From: a virus
Taxonomy: Duplodnaviria > Caudoviricetes
Length of the DNA stretch: 38,345 bases
IMG/VR virus record: IMGVR_UViG_3300030397_000280
Location: 1 to 38,345 of that record
Strand: one strand, 5' to 3'
Shown piece after piece: positions 7,340-15,106 of this stretch (the first letter of the stretch is position 1; each line of letters begins with the position of its first letter). The notes under the pieces were generated by a model that saw only the letters and a list, made by a program, of their open reading frames with translations, ran no database searches and was not told the DNA's origin. A program made the translations under genes and the position numbers.

Positions 7340-7797
7340 AGCCTCCCCTTTGGTGGATCACAAAAGATGGAGATAAGGACTGCTTAGAACTCTATGAACG
7401 CCATTACAGTGCATACCAATACAAGGACGGCCGAGAGCGGAAACTCTTTGCCGGACCGGGAGAGAAGATTGTCCTCCGCACAGAAGCAGCGGACGCAATG
7501 TTTGTGTGGCGCAGGTTCATCGACGGCAGCGGCGAATGCGGTATTAACTGCGCCGTATTCCGAAACGAAGGCCCACACTTGTCCAGCGACCTCGTACGCC
7601 AAGCGGACAAGATTGCTGATCGAATCTGGTCTTGTTGCAGGCATTACACCTACGTCAATCCGGAAAAGATCAGATCAGCAAACCCTGGATTTTGCTTCAT
7701 CGCAGCCGGTTGGAAAAACACAAAAAGAACAACCAAAGGAGGACTCATGATTTTGGATAGGGTTAGCGGTGCAGAACAGGAGAAACACCATGAGTAG
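7336..7797 (+). CDS. Putative Mom-like / GNAT-fold protein
   Basis: N-terminal RHYS and C-terminal YTYV.P....S.NPG.CF.AAGW resemble Mom-related GNAT motifs. Confidence 0.5.
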   Translation: MKPPLWWITKDGDKDCLELYERHYSAYQYKDGRERKLFAGPGEKIVLRTEAADAMFVWRRFIDGSGECGINCAVFRNEGPHLSSDLVRQADKIADRIWSCCRHYTYVNPEKIRSANPGFCFIAAGWKNTKRTTKGGLMILDRVSGAEQEKHHE

Positions 7798-8077
7798 GGA
7801 GGTTTTGGAAGTTGAACAACGTTGCCTTTACTGGCCGCTAGGCGATCCCGTACTGGGGCCAGTCGAACACGCTCCAGGCGGGTTTCAGTTTATTCACGCA
7901 AAAGGCGTTGCCGGAGGCACTCTGAGCCTGGGATGCGCGACCCCTGAATCCGGCCTCCGGACCCTCCAGGTAGGCGGCATGAATCGTCTTAGCAAACGTG
8001 GAGCCAAAGCCCTAGCCTACCAGCTACTGCATTGGGCTGAGCATGGGAGGTTTGATGAGGGGGGGCAGGAAGAATGA
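7790..8077 (+). CDS. Hypothetical protein
   Basis: AGGAG SD before ATG 7790. Confidence 0.6.
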   Translation: MSREVLEVEQRCLYWPLGDPVLGPVEHAPGGFQFIHAKGVAGGTLSLGCATPESGLRTLQVGGMNRLSKRGAKALAYQLLHWAEHGRFDEGGQEE

Positions 8078-8502
8078 GTACCACTAGCTTAATCCACCGC
8101 CTGCGTCATGCAGAAAAATGTTTTCTGAAAACAACCGATGCCCCAATAGCGGAGGATGATTATTGGTCGGCTGATATGTGCCGTAAGGCCGCTGACAAAC
8201 TCGAATCCCTGCGCAAGCAGAACGGGCTTGCGGGCATGCAGACCGAAAGGTGGACCAAGAAATATGAAAAGGCGGAAACCGCTAACGCCGCCCTGCGCTC
8301 TCAGTTGGAGGAATACAAAGACGCAGAGTGCCGTGCGGTGAAGTTGCATGGTGAAGCCCTCAAGCAGTTGGAGGCGGTGACGGCGTTGCGAAAACTCGCG
8401 AGCGCAATGACATACGACCAGTTTCTGGATGAACTGAAAATCATCCTCGGCCCCCAACAACCCCCACCCCAGGGCGACATTCAAAAGAGGGGGACAGGGT
8501 GA
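8074..8502 (+). CDS. Hypothetical coiled-coil protein
   Basis: ATGA coupling; L..RLR...AADKLE pattern and heptads. Confidence 0.65.
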   Translation: MSTTSLIHRLRHAEKCFLKTTDAPIAEDDYWSADMCRKAADKLESLRKQNGLAGMQTERWTKKYEKAETANAALRSQLEEYKDAECRAVKLHGEALKQLEAVTALRKLASAMTYDQFLDELKIILGPQQPPPQGDIQKRGTG

Positions 8503-8723
8503 GTGCGAAAGTGGATATCGGTGGCGTTGGCCAAATGCTCTTGCTGGCGATGTCGTTTGCCGCCATGAAGATGGCTGGGTTTATCGACTGGTCTTGGTGG
8601 TGGGTGCTTTTCCCCATCTGGTTGCCGTTGGGTATTGTTCTGTTTTGCCTGATCTTCGCCCTATGTGTGGCTGGGGTGGCCTACTTGCTGAAGATTCACG
8701 CACAAAAGCGGGGGACTGGTTAA
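8499..8723 (+). CDS. Small two-TM membrane protein
   Basis: K..G.IDWSWWWVL.PIW motif, common in phage membrane proteins. Confidence 0.75.
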   Translation: MSAKVDIGGVGQMLLLAMSFAAMKMAGFIDWSWWWVLFPIWLPLGIVLFCLIFALCVAGVAYLLKIHAQKRGTG

Positions 8724-8757
8724 ATCGTCACCCATGACGATATACAGGTAAGTAACT

Positions 8758-8967
8758 TTGAGCATTTTCCTGTCACACGCGGATCTGAAGGAGCTGACTG
8801 GCTATACGCACCACAAGCTCCAGCGGGAATGGTTGGATGACAACGGAATCCCCTACCGTGTCCGGCCTGATGGTATGCCCGTACTTACCGTACGAGTCTA
8901 TGAAGAGTCCCTGCTAAAACTCCGCATCACAGGACCAGACTTTTCAGCCCTGAAAAAAGTGGTGTAA
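8758..8967 (+). CDS. xis: Excisionase-like protein (DUF4224-like)
   Basis: FLS..DLKELTGY....Q..WL..NGIPY....DG.P and PDFSAL tail; directly upstream of int. Confidence 0.75.
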   Translation: MSIFLSHADLKELTGYTHHKLQREWLDDNGIPYRVRPDGMPVLTVRVYEESLLKLRITGPDFSALKKVV

Positions 8968-8970
8968 GTT

Positions 8971-9903
8971 ATGGCCGTGGGCCGGAAAAGAAAAACAAAC
9001 AAAGAGCTACCACGCCGGGTCTATATCAAGTCCGGTACATACTGGTTTGTAGACGCTTCAAACAAGTGGCACAAACTGGGCAGAACCAAAACCGAAATGT
9101 ACCAGGCGCTCGCTATCCTCTTGGGCGACTCCCCCAACACGCTACTTCACCATATAGAGCGTTATGAGCGTGAGATTATGCCCACCAAGGCCATCAGCAC
9201 TCGTAAGAGCCAATCAGGGCAGCTCAAACGCCTGAAGGCCGTATTCGGCAACATGGCGCCAGAGACAGTAACCACAATTGACATAGCCGGGTTCCTGGAC
9301 CGCTACCCCTCACCGGTTAATGCAAACCGGCACATAGCCCTGCTTTCCCACATCTACACCAAACTGATTCGCTGGGGCGTGGTGGAGTCCAACCCTTGCC
9401 TGGGTGTTGAACGGAATAAAGAACATGCCCGGACGAGGTATGTAGAAGATGACGAGTTTTGGGCGGTGTGGGCAAAGATGCCCCGACACATTCAGCTACT
9501 GATGGAATTAGCCCTATGTACCGGGCAAAGACAAGGCGACCTGGTGAGCCTGAAGTGGTCACAGGTAACCGATGATGGTGTTCACTTCCAGCAGAGCAAG
9601 ACAGGCAGGCGTTTAATCGTTACCTGGACACCAGCACTGGAAGATGTGATTAAACGATGCAGGAAGGGCGTGAGCGGGATATGGGTAGTGAGAAAACCTG
9701 ATGGCCAACCCTTCAAGCCCAGCGGAATACAGACCGCCTGGCAGCGTTTCATGAGCACCTATGATGGTGAGCGATTCACTTTCCACGATATCCGGGCCAA
9801 GTCAGCCAGTGACCATGAAACAGGGGCGCATTTGGGCCACACCTCGGAAGCCACACTGAGGCGAATCTATCGCCGGAAACCGGAAGTGGTGAAGGGTCTG
9901 TGA
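8971..9903 (+). CDS. int: Tyrosine recombinase / phage integrase
   Basis: Catalytic R (TGQRQGD), K (QSKTG), HDIR, LGH and Y (RIYRR); adjacent to the tRNA-derived att. Confidence 0.95.
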   Translation: MAVGRKRKTNKELPRRVYIKSGTYWFVDASNKWHKLGRTKTEMYQALAILLGDSPNTLLHHIERYEREIMPTKAISTRKSQSGQLKRLKAVFGNMAPETVTTIDIAGFLDRYPSPVNANRHIALLSHIYTKLIRWGVVESNPCLGVERNKEHARTRYVEDDEFWAVWAKMPRHIQLLMELALCTGQRQGDLVSLKWSQVTDDGVHFQQSKTGRRLIVTWTPALEDVIKRCRKGVSGIWVVRKPDGQPFKPSGIQTAWQRFMSTYDGERFTFHDIRAKSASDHETGAHLGHTSEATLRRIYRRKPEVVKGL

Positions 9904-9909
9904 GGACAG

Positions 9910-10147
9910 TTTATTAGAAGATTTCTAATTTATTAGAAATTGAACACACACAAGCCGCTTTATACATGCCGTAACTTGCTGTTTTTATATACAAAAATGG
10001 TGGGCCGTGAAGGATTCGAACCTTCGACCAATTGATTAAAAGACTCCTATACATTCCCTTATTTTCAAGTACATAGCTGTTTTTCTTCTAATAAATGCAC
10101 CGCTTTAAGTGCTTGAATCTATTAGGCTGCGAAACTGTTTATTAGAA
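9910..10147. repeat. Integrase arm-type site repeats flanking the att core
   Basis: TTTATTAGAA at 9910, 9929 and 10138, plus an inverted copy TTCTAATAAA at 10086, on both sides of the core. Confidence 0.7.
9998..10042 (-). mobile_element. attP-like core: 3' half of tRNA-Lys(UUU)
   Basis: Minus strand reads CTTTTAATCAATTGGTCGAAGGTTCGAATCCTTCACGGCCCACCA (anticodon loop, T-arm, acceptor 3' strand, CCA); the 5' half is absent. Confidence 0.9.
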
Positions 10148-10151
10148 GTTT

Positions 10152-10589
10152 TTACCCCGAAAGGCTGTCCGTCTGCACCTTGTTCTTTTTGTCATACGAC
10201 CGGGTAGCACTCAGGCCCAACATACCGGTCAAGACCACCATCAACTCACCCACTTCTAACTTCGGCGCTGACTGAATTTCTGACTGGTACTCAGGGAACA
10301 ACCAGGCAATCCATAGCATCAGCGGATAGACGATGAAGTTGTAGGCAAGGGACACACCGCACACCCATCCGACGAACGGGCGCCAGCCAGCGACGAATAC
10401 AGACTTATGCGCTGCCTCTACCTTGTTTATCTCCATCTGGCCCAGCAGGGTCTCGAAGTCCTTGCCTGTAAAGAACATGCGAAACTCATGGTTCAGCTTT
10501 TCGGCAAGGTATTTGTCCTTGACCATTTTCTTGATAATGCCGCCGCCGAACTCAATCAGGCTGTCAATAATCGGTACTGGAATACCCAT
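10152..10589 (-). CDS. Holin (3TM / GTA-holin-like)
   Basis: QMEINKVEA.H.S.FVAGWRPFVGW...GMLGL...RS.DK signature; next to the endolysin. Confidence 0.85.
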   Translation of the reverse strand: MGIPVPIIDSLIEFGGGIIKKMVKDKYLAEKLNHEFRMFFTGKDFETLLGQMEINKVEAAHKSVFVAGWRPFVGWVCGVSLAYNFIVYPLMLWIAWLFPEYQSEIQSAPKLEVGELMVVLTGMLGLSATRSYDKKNKVQTDSLSG

Positions 10590-11011
10590 CAGAAAATCTC
10601 CGTGTATGTCATTTTCCCGTTCACTTCTTTGCCCTTGAGAATCTTGCCCCTCGGCGGTTCCCCAATAGCCGCAATCTGAATGTGCATGAATGTCTCGTAA
10701 ACAATGGCCAGGTCAAACTCCAGGCCACCCAGCATCTTGGCCAGATCCATGGGGCTGTGTTCGTCGCTGTAGATGTCCATGGCCAGGCCCTGCATGTGGT
10801 AGCTGTTCTCAGCCCCACCCACAGCGGTGTTGACCTTGTGGCTCCTGAAACAGCTCAGGGTGTTGAGTTTTCCTGCCAGCATCCGCAGCGGGTCCCCCAC
10901 CTTGCAAATCAGGCGGGTAAGGTTGATAACGTGAAACAGTTCGGGTTCGTTCGGGAAGGGCTGGTCTGTGCGGGTCAGTTCTTTAAGAGTGAAGAACTCG
11001 CCTACGTTCAT
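10589..11011 (-). CDS. Endolysin, peptidase M15 family
   Basis: FTL.EL, S.FRS..VN.AVGGA.NS.H..G.A.D and F.HI Zn-binding motifs. Confidence 0.85.
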   Translation of the reverse strand: MNVGEFFTLKELTRTDQPFPNEPELFHVINLTRLICKVGDPLRMLAGKLNTLSCFRSHKVNTAVGGAENSYHMQGLAMDIYSDEHSPMDLAKMLGGLEFDLAIVYETFMHIQIAAIGEPPRGKILKGKEVNGKMTYTEIF

Positions 11012-11403
11012 TCACACACCTTGTCCGGGTTATCCCGGTAGCATTCAAGCAAGGATTCAAGGCGTTCTTTTTCATCCTCTAGCTGCAGGATTTGGTCCAC
11101 GATCAGCTCATTGGTGACATCTTTACGCAGCTCACGTTTCAGCTCGCGTATCTCTCTCTTGGTGTCATTAAGCGAGTCCTGCGCCTGGTTGACCCTCATG
11201 GTATGTTCAATGCGGTGAATGGCTTCTGTGTTCTTATTCACCCCTTTTTCTGCGCCTGCAATACGGTCTGTAACGTTGTCGTATGAAACCGCTGCAGCGG
11301 CCACTGATATAGCCAATGCGACTAGGGAACTCATGGTGATACCTATCGTGGTCTCGTTGGAAATCCGTAGGATTTTTTTTGACTTTTCTTCGTTGCTCAT
11401 CAC
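11008..11403 (-). CDS. Single-TM coiled-coil protein in the lysis cassette
   Basis: One hydrophobic helix, then heptads, and two C-terminal Cys. Confidence 0.65.
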   Translation of the reverse strand: MMSNEEKSKKILRISNETTIGITMSSLVALAISVAAAAVSYDNVTDRIAGAEKGVNKNTEAIHRIEHTMRVNQAQDSLNDTKREIRELKRELRKDVTNELIVDQILQLEDEKERLESLLECYRDNPDKVCE

Positions 11404-11409
11404 TCAACC

Positions 11410-12630
11410 TCACAGGTTGTCTATTACGTTCTGCATGTAGGCGATAACCGCCGCCCTTTCGCTGGAATCCAGCAAGCGGCCATAAGCGATAATGTCGGTG
11501 AACTCGCCCCGGAAGTAGTAAGCGTTTGATGTCGGGTCGTCCTGGCCTACATAGGTATTTGATTCAAAATCCAGCTGGAAGCCACCTGTCTGCGTGAACC
11601 CTGGCGTACCTGAGCCATCCACAAAAACTTTGAAGGTGTTGTTGGTGTCGGAAAGGGTTGAGGCGTCTACCTGAATATTGACGATATGCCAATCCCCGTA
11701 CCAGGTATCTACGGCACTCAGGTCCGTCTCTATAGCAGCCCGATTGCTCTTACCAAAGTCTAGGAACACCCGGTTTCCATCCAGGCCCCAATAACATTCA
11801 CGATTGAACGTGGCGGTTCCGAAGTTCATGACCGCTGACTTGGCGGATGTGGTGTCTGTGGTTGGGTTGGTTTTCTTCAGCGCAAAGAACAGTTCACAGG
11901 TATTTTCCTGGCCGGAAGGCATGTCCGGCCCGAAGGTGGCGCACTCAATTCCGTCATCATGAAACAACGCCCTGCCGCCTGAAATGGTGGGGAACGTCCG
12001 GCCTGTGGTTTTAACAAAATGATGTCCATTACCTGAAACGTCATCCCATTGGTCTGCGGTACCCCCAGGCCTGGATGCGTCCAGCCAGAGTTTCATACCA
12101 CTCAGCGGCACGGCTGGTTCGTATGACATGAACAAAAAACCTTCACGGGAATCCGTAGAGTTATGCGGTGGCAGGTAGTTTTCGGTGACTGAGCCAGCGA
12201 ACATGCCGGCCTTATCTTTGCCCCACAGCGGAATGACAGCATCATCACCCTGCGAGTTTTCCACCGTCACAGAAGCGTCACTGGTTTGATCTGCTCTCAG
12301 GTTGGTCTTGCCCCGGAACTCAATGGCCTCACCCTTGAGAATGAACAACCGGTCCATGCCTTCCTCAATCTTGGCGCCATGGAAGGCTTCGTATGGAACA
12401 AAGTCCAAGGGCTGGGCCAGTTCTGTAAGGCGATTGATGACAATACGAGCGCCTGAAGGTGGAGCCACCGCAAACAGCACACCGTTGTCTTGCTTGGTGT
12501 ATTCGACCTGCTGACCATCCACGGACACCCAAACATCAAAGTCGTAGGTGGTTGAAAAGTTGTATTCAAAGAACGTGCGGACCCCATCCCCGACATATTC
12601 GGAGAGTGATGTGTTTACAAGTGTGGTCAT
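11410..12630 (-). CDS. Tail fibre/spike 2 with T7 gp17-like N-terminal adaptor and LamG/ConA-like C-terminal domain
   Basis: YVGDG.RT.F.Y.F....V.V.VDG N-terminus; LWLDA...W.D.SGNG.H and F.G.F.DII.Y.R.L...ER at the C-terminus. Confidence 0.8.
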   Translation of the reverse strand: MTTLVNTSLSEYVGDGVRTFFEYNFSTTYDFDVWVSVDGQQVEYTKQDNGVLFAVAPPSGARIVINRLTELAQPLDFVPYEAFHGAKIEEGMDRLFILKGEAIEFRGKTNLRADQTSDASVTVENSQGDDAVIPLWGKDKAGMFAGSVTENYLPPHNSTDSREGFLFMSYEPAVPLSGMKLWLDASRPGGTADQWDDVSGNGHHFVKTTGRTFPTISGGRALFHDDGIECATFGPDMPSGQENTCELFFALKKTNPTTDTTSAKSAVMNFGTATFNRECYWGLDGNRVFLDFGKSNRAAIETDLSAVDTWYGDWHIVNIQVDASTLSDTNNTFKVFVDGSGTPGFTQTGGFQLDFESNTYVGQDDPTSNAYYFRGEFTDIIAYGRLLDSSERAAVIAYMQNVIDNL

Positions 12631-14099
12631 GGCTCTATGGGTGGTGGTCCACCGCCATCGTCGGCAGATGATTCATTGGTGACGCTCAGATTCAGCTCCA
12701 TGCTGGATGCAGAGCTGTCTGCTGCGCCGTTCTTCTTAATCTGGATTTCCCATTCACCTTGCCTGAGAACAGGCTCTGATACCGCGCTGGTGACGTTCAG
12801 TGACCAGGTGCGATTAAATTGCAGGCTGTACCACTGATTCAGGTTTCCTTCACCGGCCCCATTCGGTGCGCTGCCGCTCAACAGCACCACGCGAACCAGG
12901 AAGTTTTCAGGGTCTGGCGGGGTTGGTGCTGAGTCGTTCCAGTCTTTCGGCCAGCCAAACTGCGAAGTACCGTTGTGGTCTTCGAAGGTCATGGTTCCAT
13001 CATTACGGGCTGTGAAGCGCAACTGAGACAACGGCGCGTCCGTGGCAATCGCCACGCCCGCAAACGGCCCAGCAGGCAAATCAATCTCCGAGGAAGTTGG
13101 CGGCTCATCCCCGCGCTGCGCGTGAAGCGTGATGTTTTTGGTCACAATCAAGCCATCACCGTCATCCACCTCCATGGTGGCCTCAACCGTGAAGTCGTCG
13201 CCATCATCTGGCGCCCGGACTTCGTAGCTGTACTGGTAGCCATTCACCCAGTCCAGTTGTAACCAAACACCCAACAATGAAGCCGCTGTAGTACCCACCA
13301 GTTCCGCCGTATCGCCTGATACAGCCGTTATCCTTACCAGCTCGGAACGGTCAGCAGGATTGCCATAAAGCTCGTTGTACTTGCGGTTTGAGTTGTCGTT
13401 CGGCAGCCCTTCCCAGCCCTCTACCCTTCCGGTATCTGGACCCACTTCCAAAGTAATCCTGAAGGCCACCTGTGCCTCTGTATCGGATGTGATGTTTTCT
13501 AAATCCCAGGGGGATGAAGAGAACTCAAAACCGGGATTAGTCGTGGAACCTGTAACCTCGGCAGTAAAGTCCACCGTCTTGGCGACCTCGGTCCCACCTA
13601 CCGGTGAGCCACCACCATCATCCTCGGCAATCTCGAACGTGCCTTCTGCCTCTTCGGTCTGGCCCTCTACCGTCTCGCTGACCGTCCACTCTGGAAGGGT
13701 TGTCACATCCACCCAGCCGGACGGACCGGATATCGTTCCGCTTACCGTGGTCATGCGGCAGATAAATTGCCCGGAAGAGCCTACAGGCGGCTGTAGGGCC
13801 TGTTCAGACTGCGTGACACCGTACCAACCCCACTCGACCTTGCCTGTGGCATTGGCGAAGCGGAAGAACGCCTCTGCGGTACCTGGTGCCTGTACGGAAT
13901 CGCGGGTTTCCACCGCGCTGGTGGTCATCACGATTTCAGGGTCGCCCACGACTACATTGGTCGGCCAAATCTCCCGCGCAAAACCACCACAGGCCACCAG
14001 AATACGGTCTGCGTTTTGTACCTCACCGTCAAAAGCAACTCTCGCCACCTCGCCGTACTTAACCCTGCCTTGCGTTACAGGCGCGATACCCTTGGTCAT
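12627..14099 (-). CDS. Tail-associated acidic beta-rich protein
   Basis: 490 aa, T/S/G/D-rich, apparently three repeated domains; lies between the two fibre genes. Confidence 0.7.
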   Translation of the reverse strand: MTKGIAPVTQGRVKYGEVARVAFDGEVQNADRILVACGGFAREIWPTNVVVGDPEIVMTTSAVETRDSVQAPGTAEAFFRFANATGKVEWGWYGVTQSEQALQPPVGSSGQFICRMTTVSGTISGPSGWVDVTTLPEWTVSETVEGQTEEAEGTFEIAEDDGGGSPVGGTEVAKTVDFTAEVTGSTTNPGFEFSSSPWDLENITSDTEAQVAFRITLEVGPDTGRVEGWEGLPNDNSNRKYNELYGNPADRSELVRITAVSGDTAELVGTTAASLLGVWLQLDWVNGYQYSYEVRAPDDGDDFTVEATMEVDDGDGLIVTKNITLHAQRGDEPPTSSEIDLPAGPFAGVAIATDAPLSQLRFTARNDGTMTFEDHNGTSQFGWPKDWNDSAPTPPDPENFLVRVVLLSGSAPNGAGEGNLNQWYSLQFNRTWSLNVTSAVSEPVLRQGEWEIQIKKNGAADSSASSMELNLSVTNESSADDGGGPPPIEP

Positions 14100-15106
14100 G
14101 AAGTCACTTGTTCATTGAAGGTAATGGTGCGCGTGACCTCGAACGCTTCATCTGCTGCACCTGCACCATTGTCTGGCGCGATTCTCAGCGTGGCGTTGGT
14201 GTCCTTGGTGCCTATGTCGTACTGGTAGAACAGCCAAGCGATACCGGAACCGCTGTTCACCCAGGCGTCTACCCATTGGTTGACCGGGGTTGACGTGTTT
14301 GGAAGTGAACCGCTGTTGATATCCAGGCGGACCCACATTTGTTCTACGCCGGTTGGCGCGGTCTCGAACAGCGGATTAACCAGCTCTGCGGTATCGGTCT
14401 GCTCAACGGCGATAGAGTAGTTCGCGGAGATTTGCAGGGTAATGCCGGTAACCGCGTAACCCTCACCCGCCTCAGACTGAACGCTGGACAGGTCAAGCTG
14501 CGTGGTGGGCATCAGGATGCCGTTCTCAGGTGCCGGTGCGCTGCCATCAACCTCAATCCACATATAGCCATCTGGCTTGGTGGTCGCCGCCCCATCGGCC
14601 GGTGCGCTGTTGGTAATCTCGCCCATGAATACACCCGCATATTGGCCAGCGCATTCCCATGGGTTAATCGTGGCATCCTCGCCTGCGGTGTTGGTGATAT
14701 CCACGGCTGCAGAACGCTGAGTCACCCCAAGATCCACGTTGCCATCAAACACCCGACCACCGTCAATAATCTCCTGCAGAATGAAGGTGTCCTTGTCCAG
14801 CCCGGCCAGTTCGTGGGTATCGACTGGGAAGGGTTCGTCATCTACATAATCGGTTTCCTGATTCACTGGGGTACTGCGGAAGATATGAACCTCATCGGTA
14901 GAGTCCAGCGGTTCAGGGAACACAATGTCACCACCGGTCAGGCGGTCGTAGTTCTCCAGCTCGTACTCAATGCCTTCAGTGATATCCTCATCATTCAGCC
15001 GCACGTAGATATCGCCCGAATCCAGGGACGCGAAGGCAAAGGCGAAAACAGTGGTGACCCCATTACCTGAATACTTGATATACGGGGTTTCGATTTGTAC
15101 GGTCAT
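14096..15106 (-). CDS. Tail fibre 1 with T7 gp17-like N-terminal adaptor
   Basis: YSGNG.TTVF.F.F...I.V...R.TP..Q.TDY...LDK.T.I.QE; follows the internal virion genes. Confidence 0.8.
   Translation of the reverse strand: MTVQIETPYIKYSGNGVTTVFAFAFASLDSGDIYVRLNDEDITEGIEYELENYDRLTGGDIVFPEPLDSTDEVHIFRSTPVNQETDYVDDEPFPVDTHELAGLDKDTFILQEIIDGGRVFDGNVDLGVTQRSAAVDITNTAGEDATINPWECAGQYAGVFMGEITNSAPADGAATTKPDGYMWIEVDGSAPAPENGILMPTTQLDLSSVQSEAGEGYAVTGITLQISANYSIAVEQTDTAELVNPLFETAPTGVEQMWVRLDINSGSLPNTSTPVNQWVDAWVNSGSGIAWLFYQYDIGTKDTNATLRIAPDNGAGAADEAFEVTRTITFNEQVTS

Noticed and set aside
9998-10042. Full tRNA-Lys gene
   Set aside because: Only the 3' half is present; there is no D-arm or 5' acceptor strand. 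Interpreted as the att core.
11008-11403. Spanin call
   Set aside because: The topology fits an i-spanin, but no embedded or adjacent o-spanin lipoprotein was found, and the gene precedes the endolysin.
11410-15106. Diversity-generating retroelement, as in BPP-1-like podoviruses
   Set aside because: No reverse transcriptase ORF and no TR/VR repeat pair seen.
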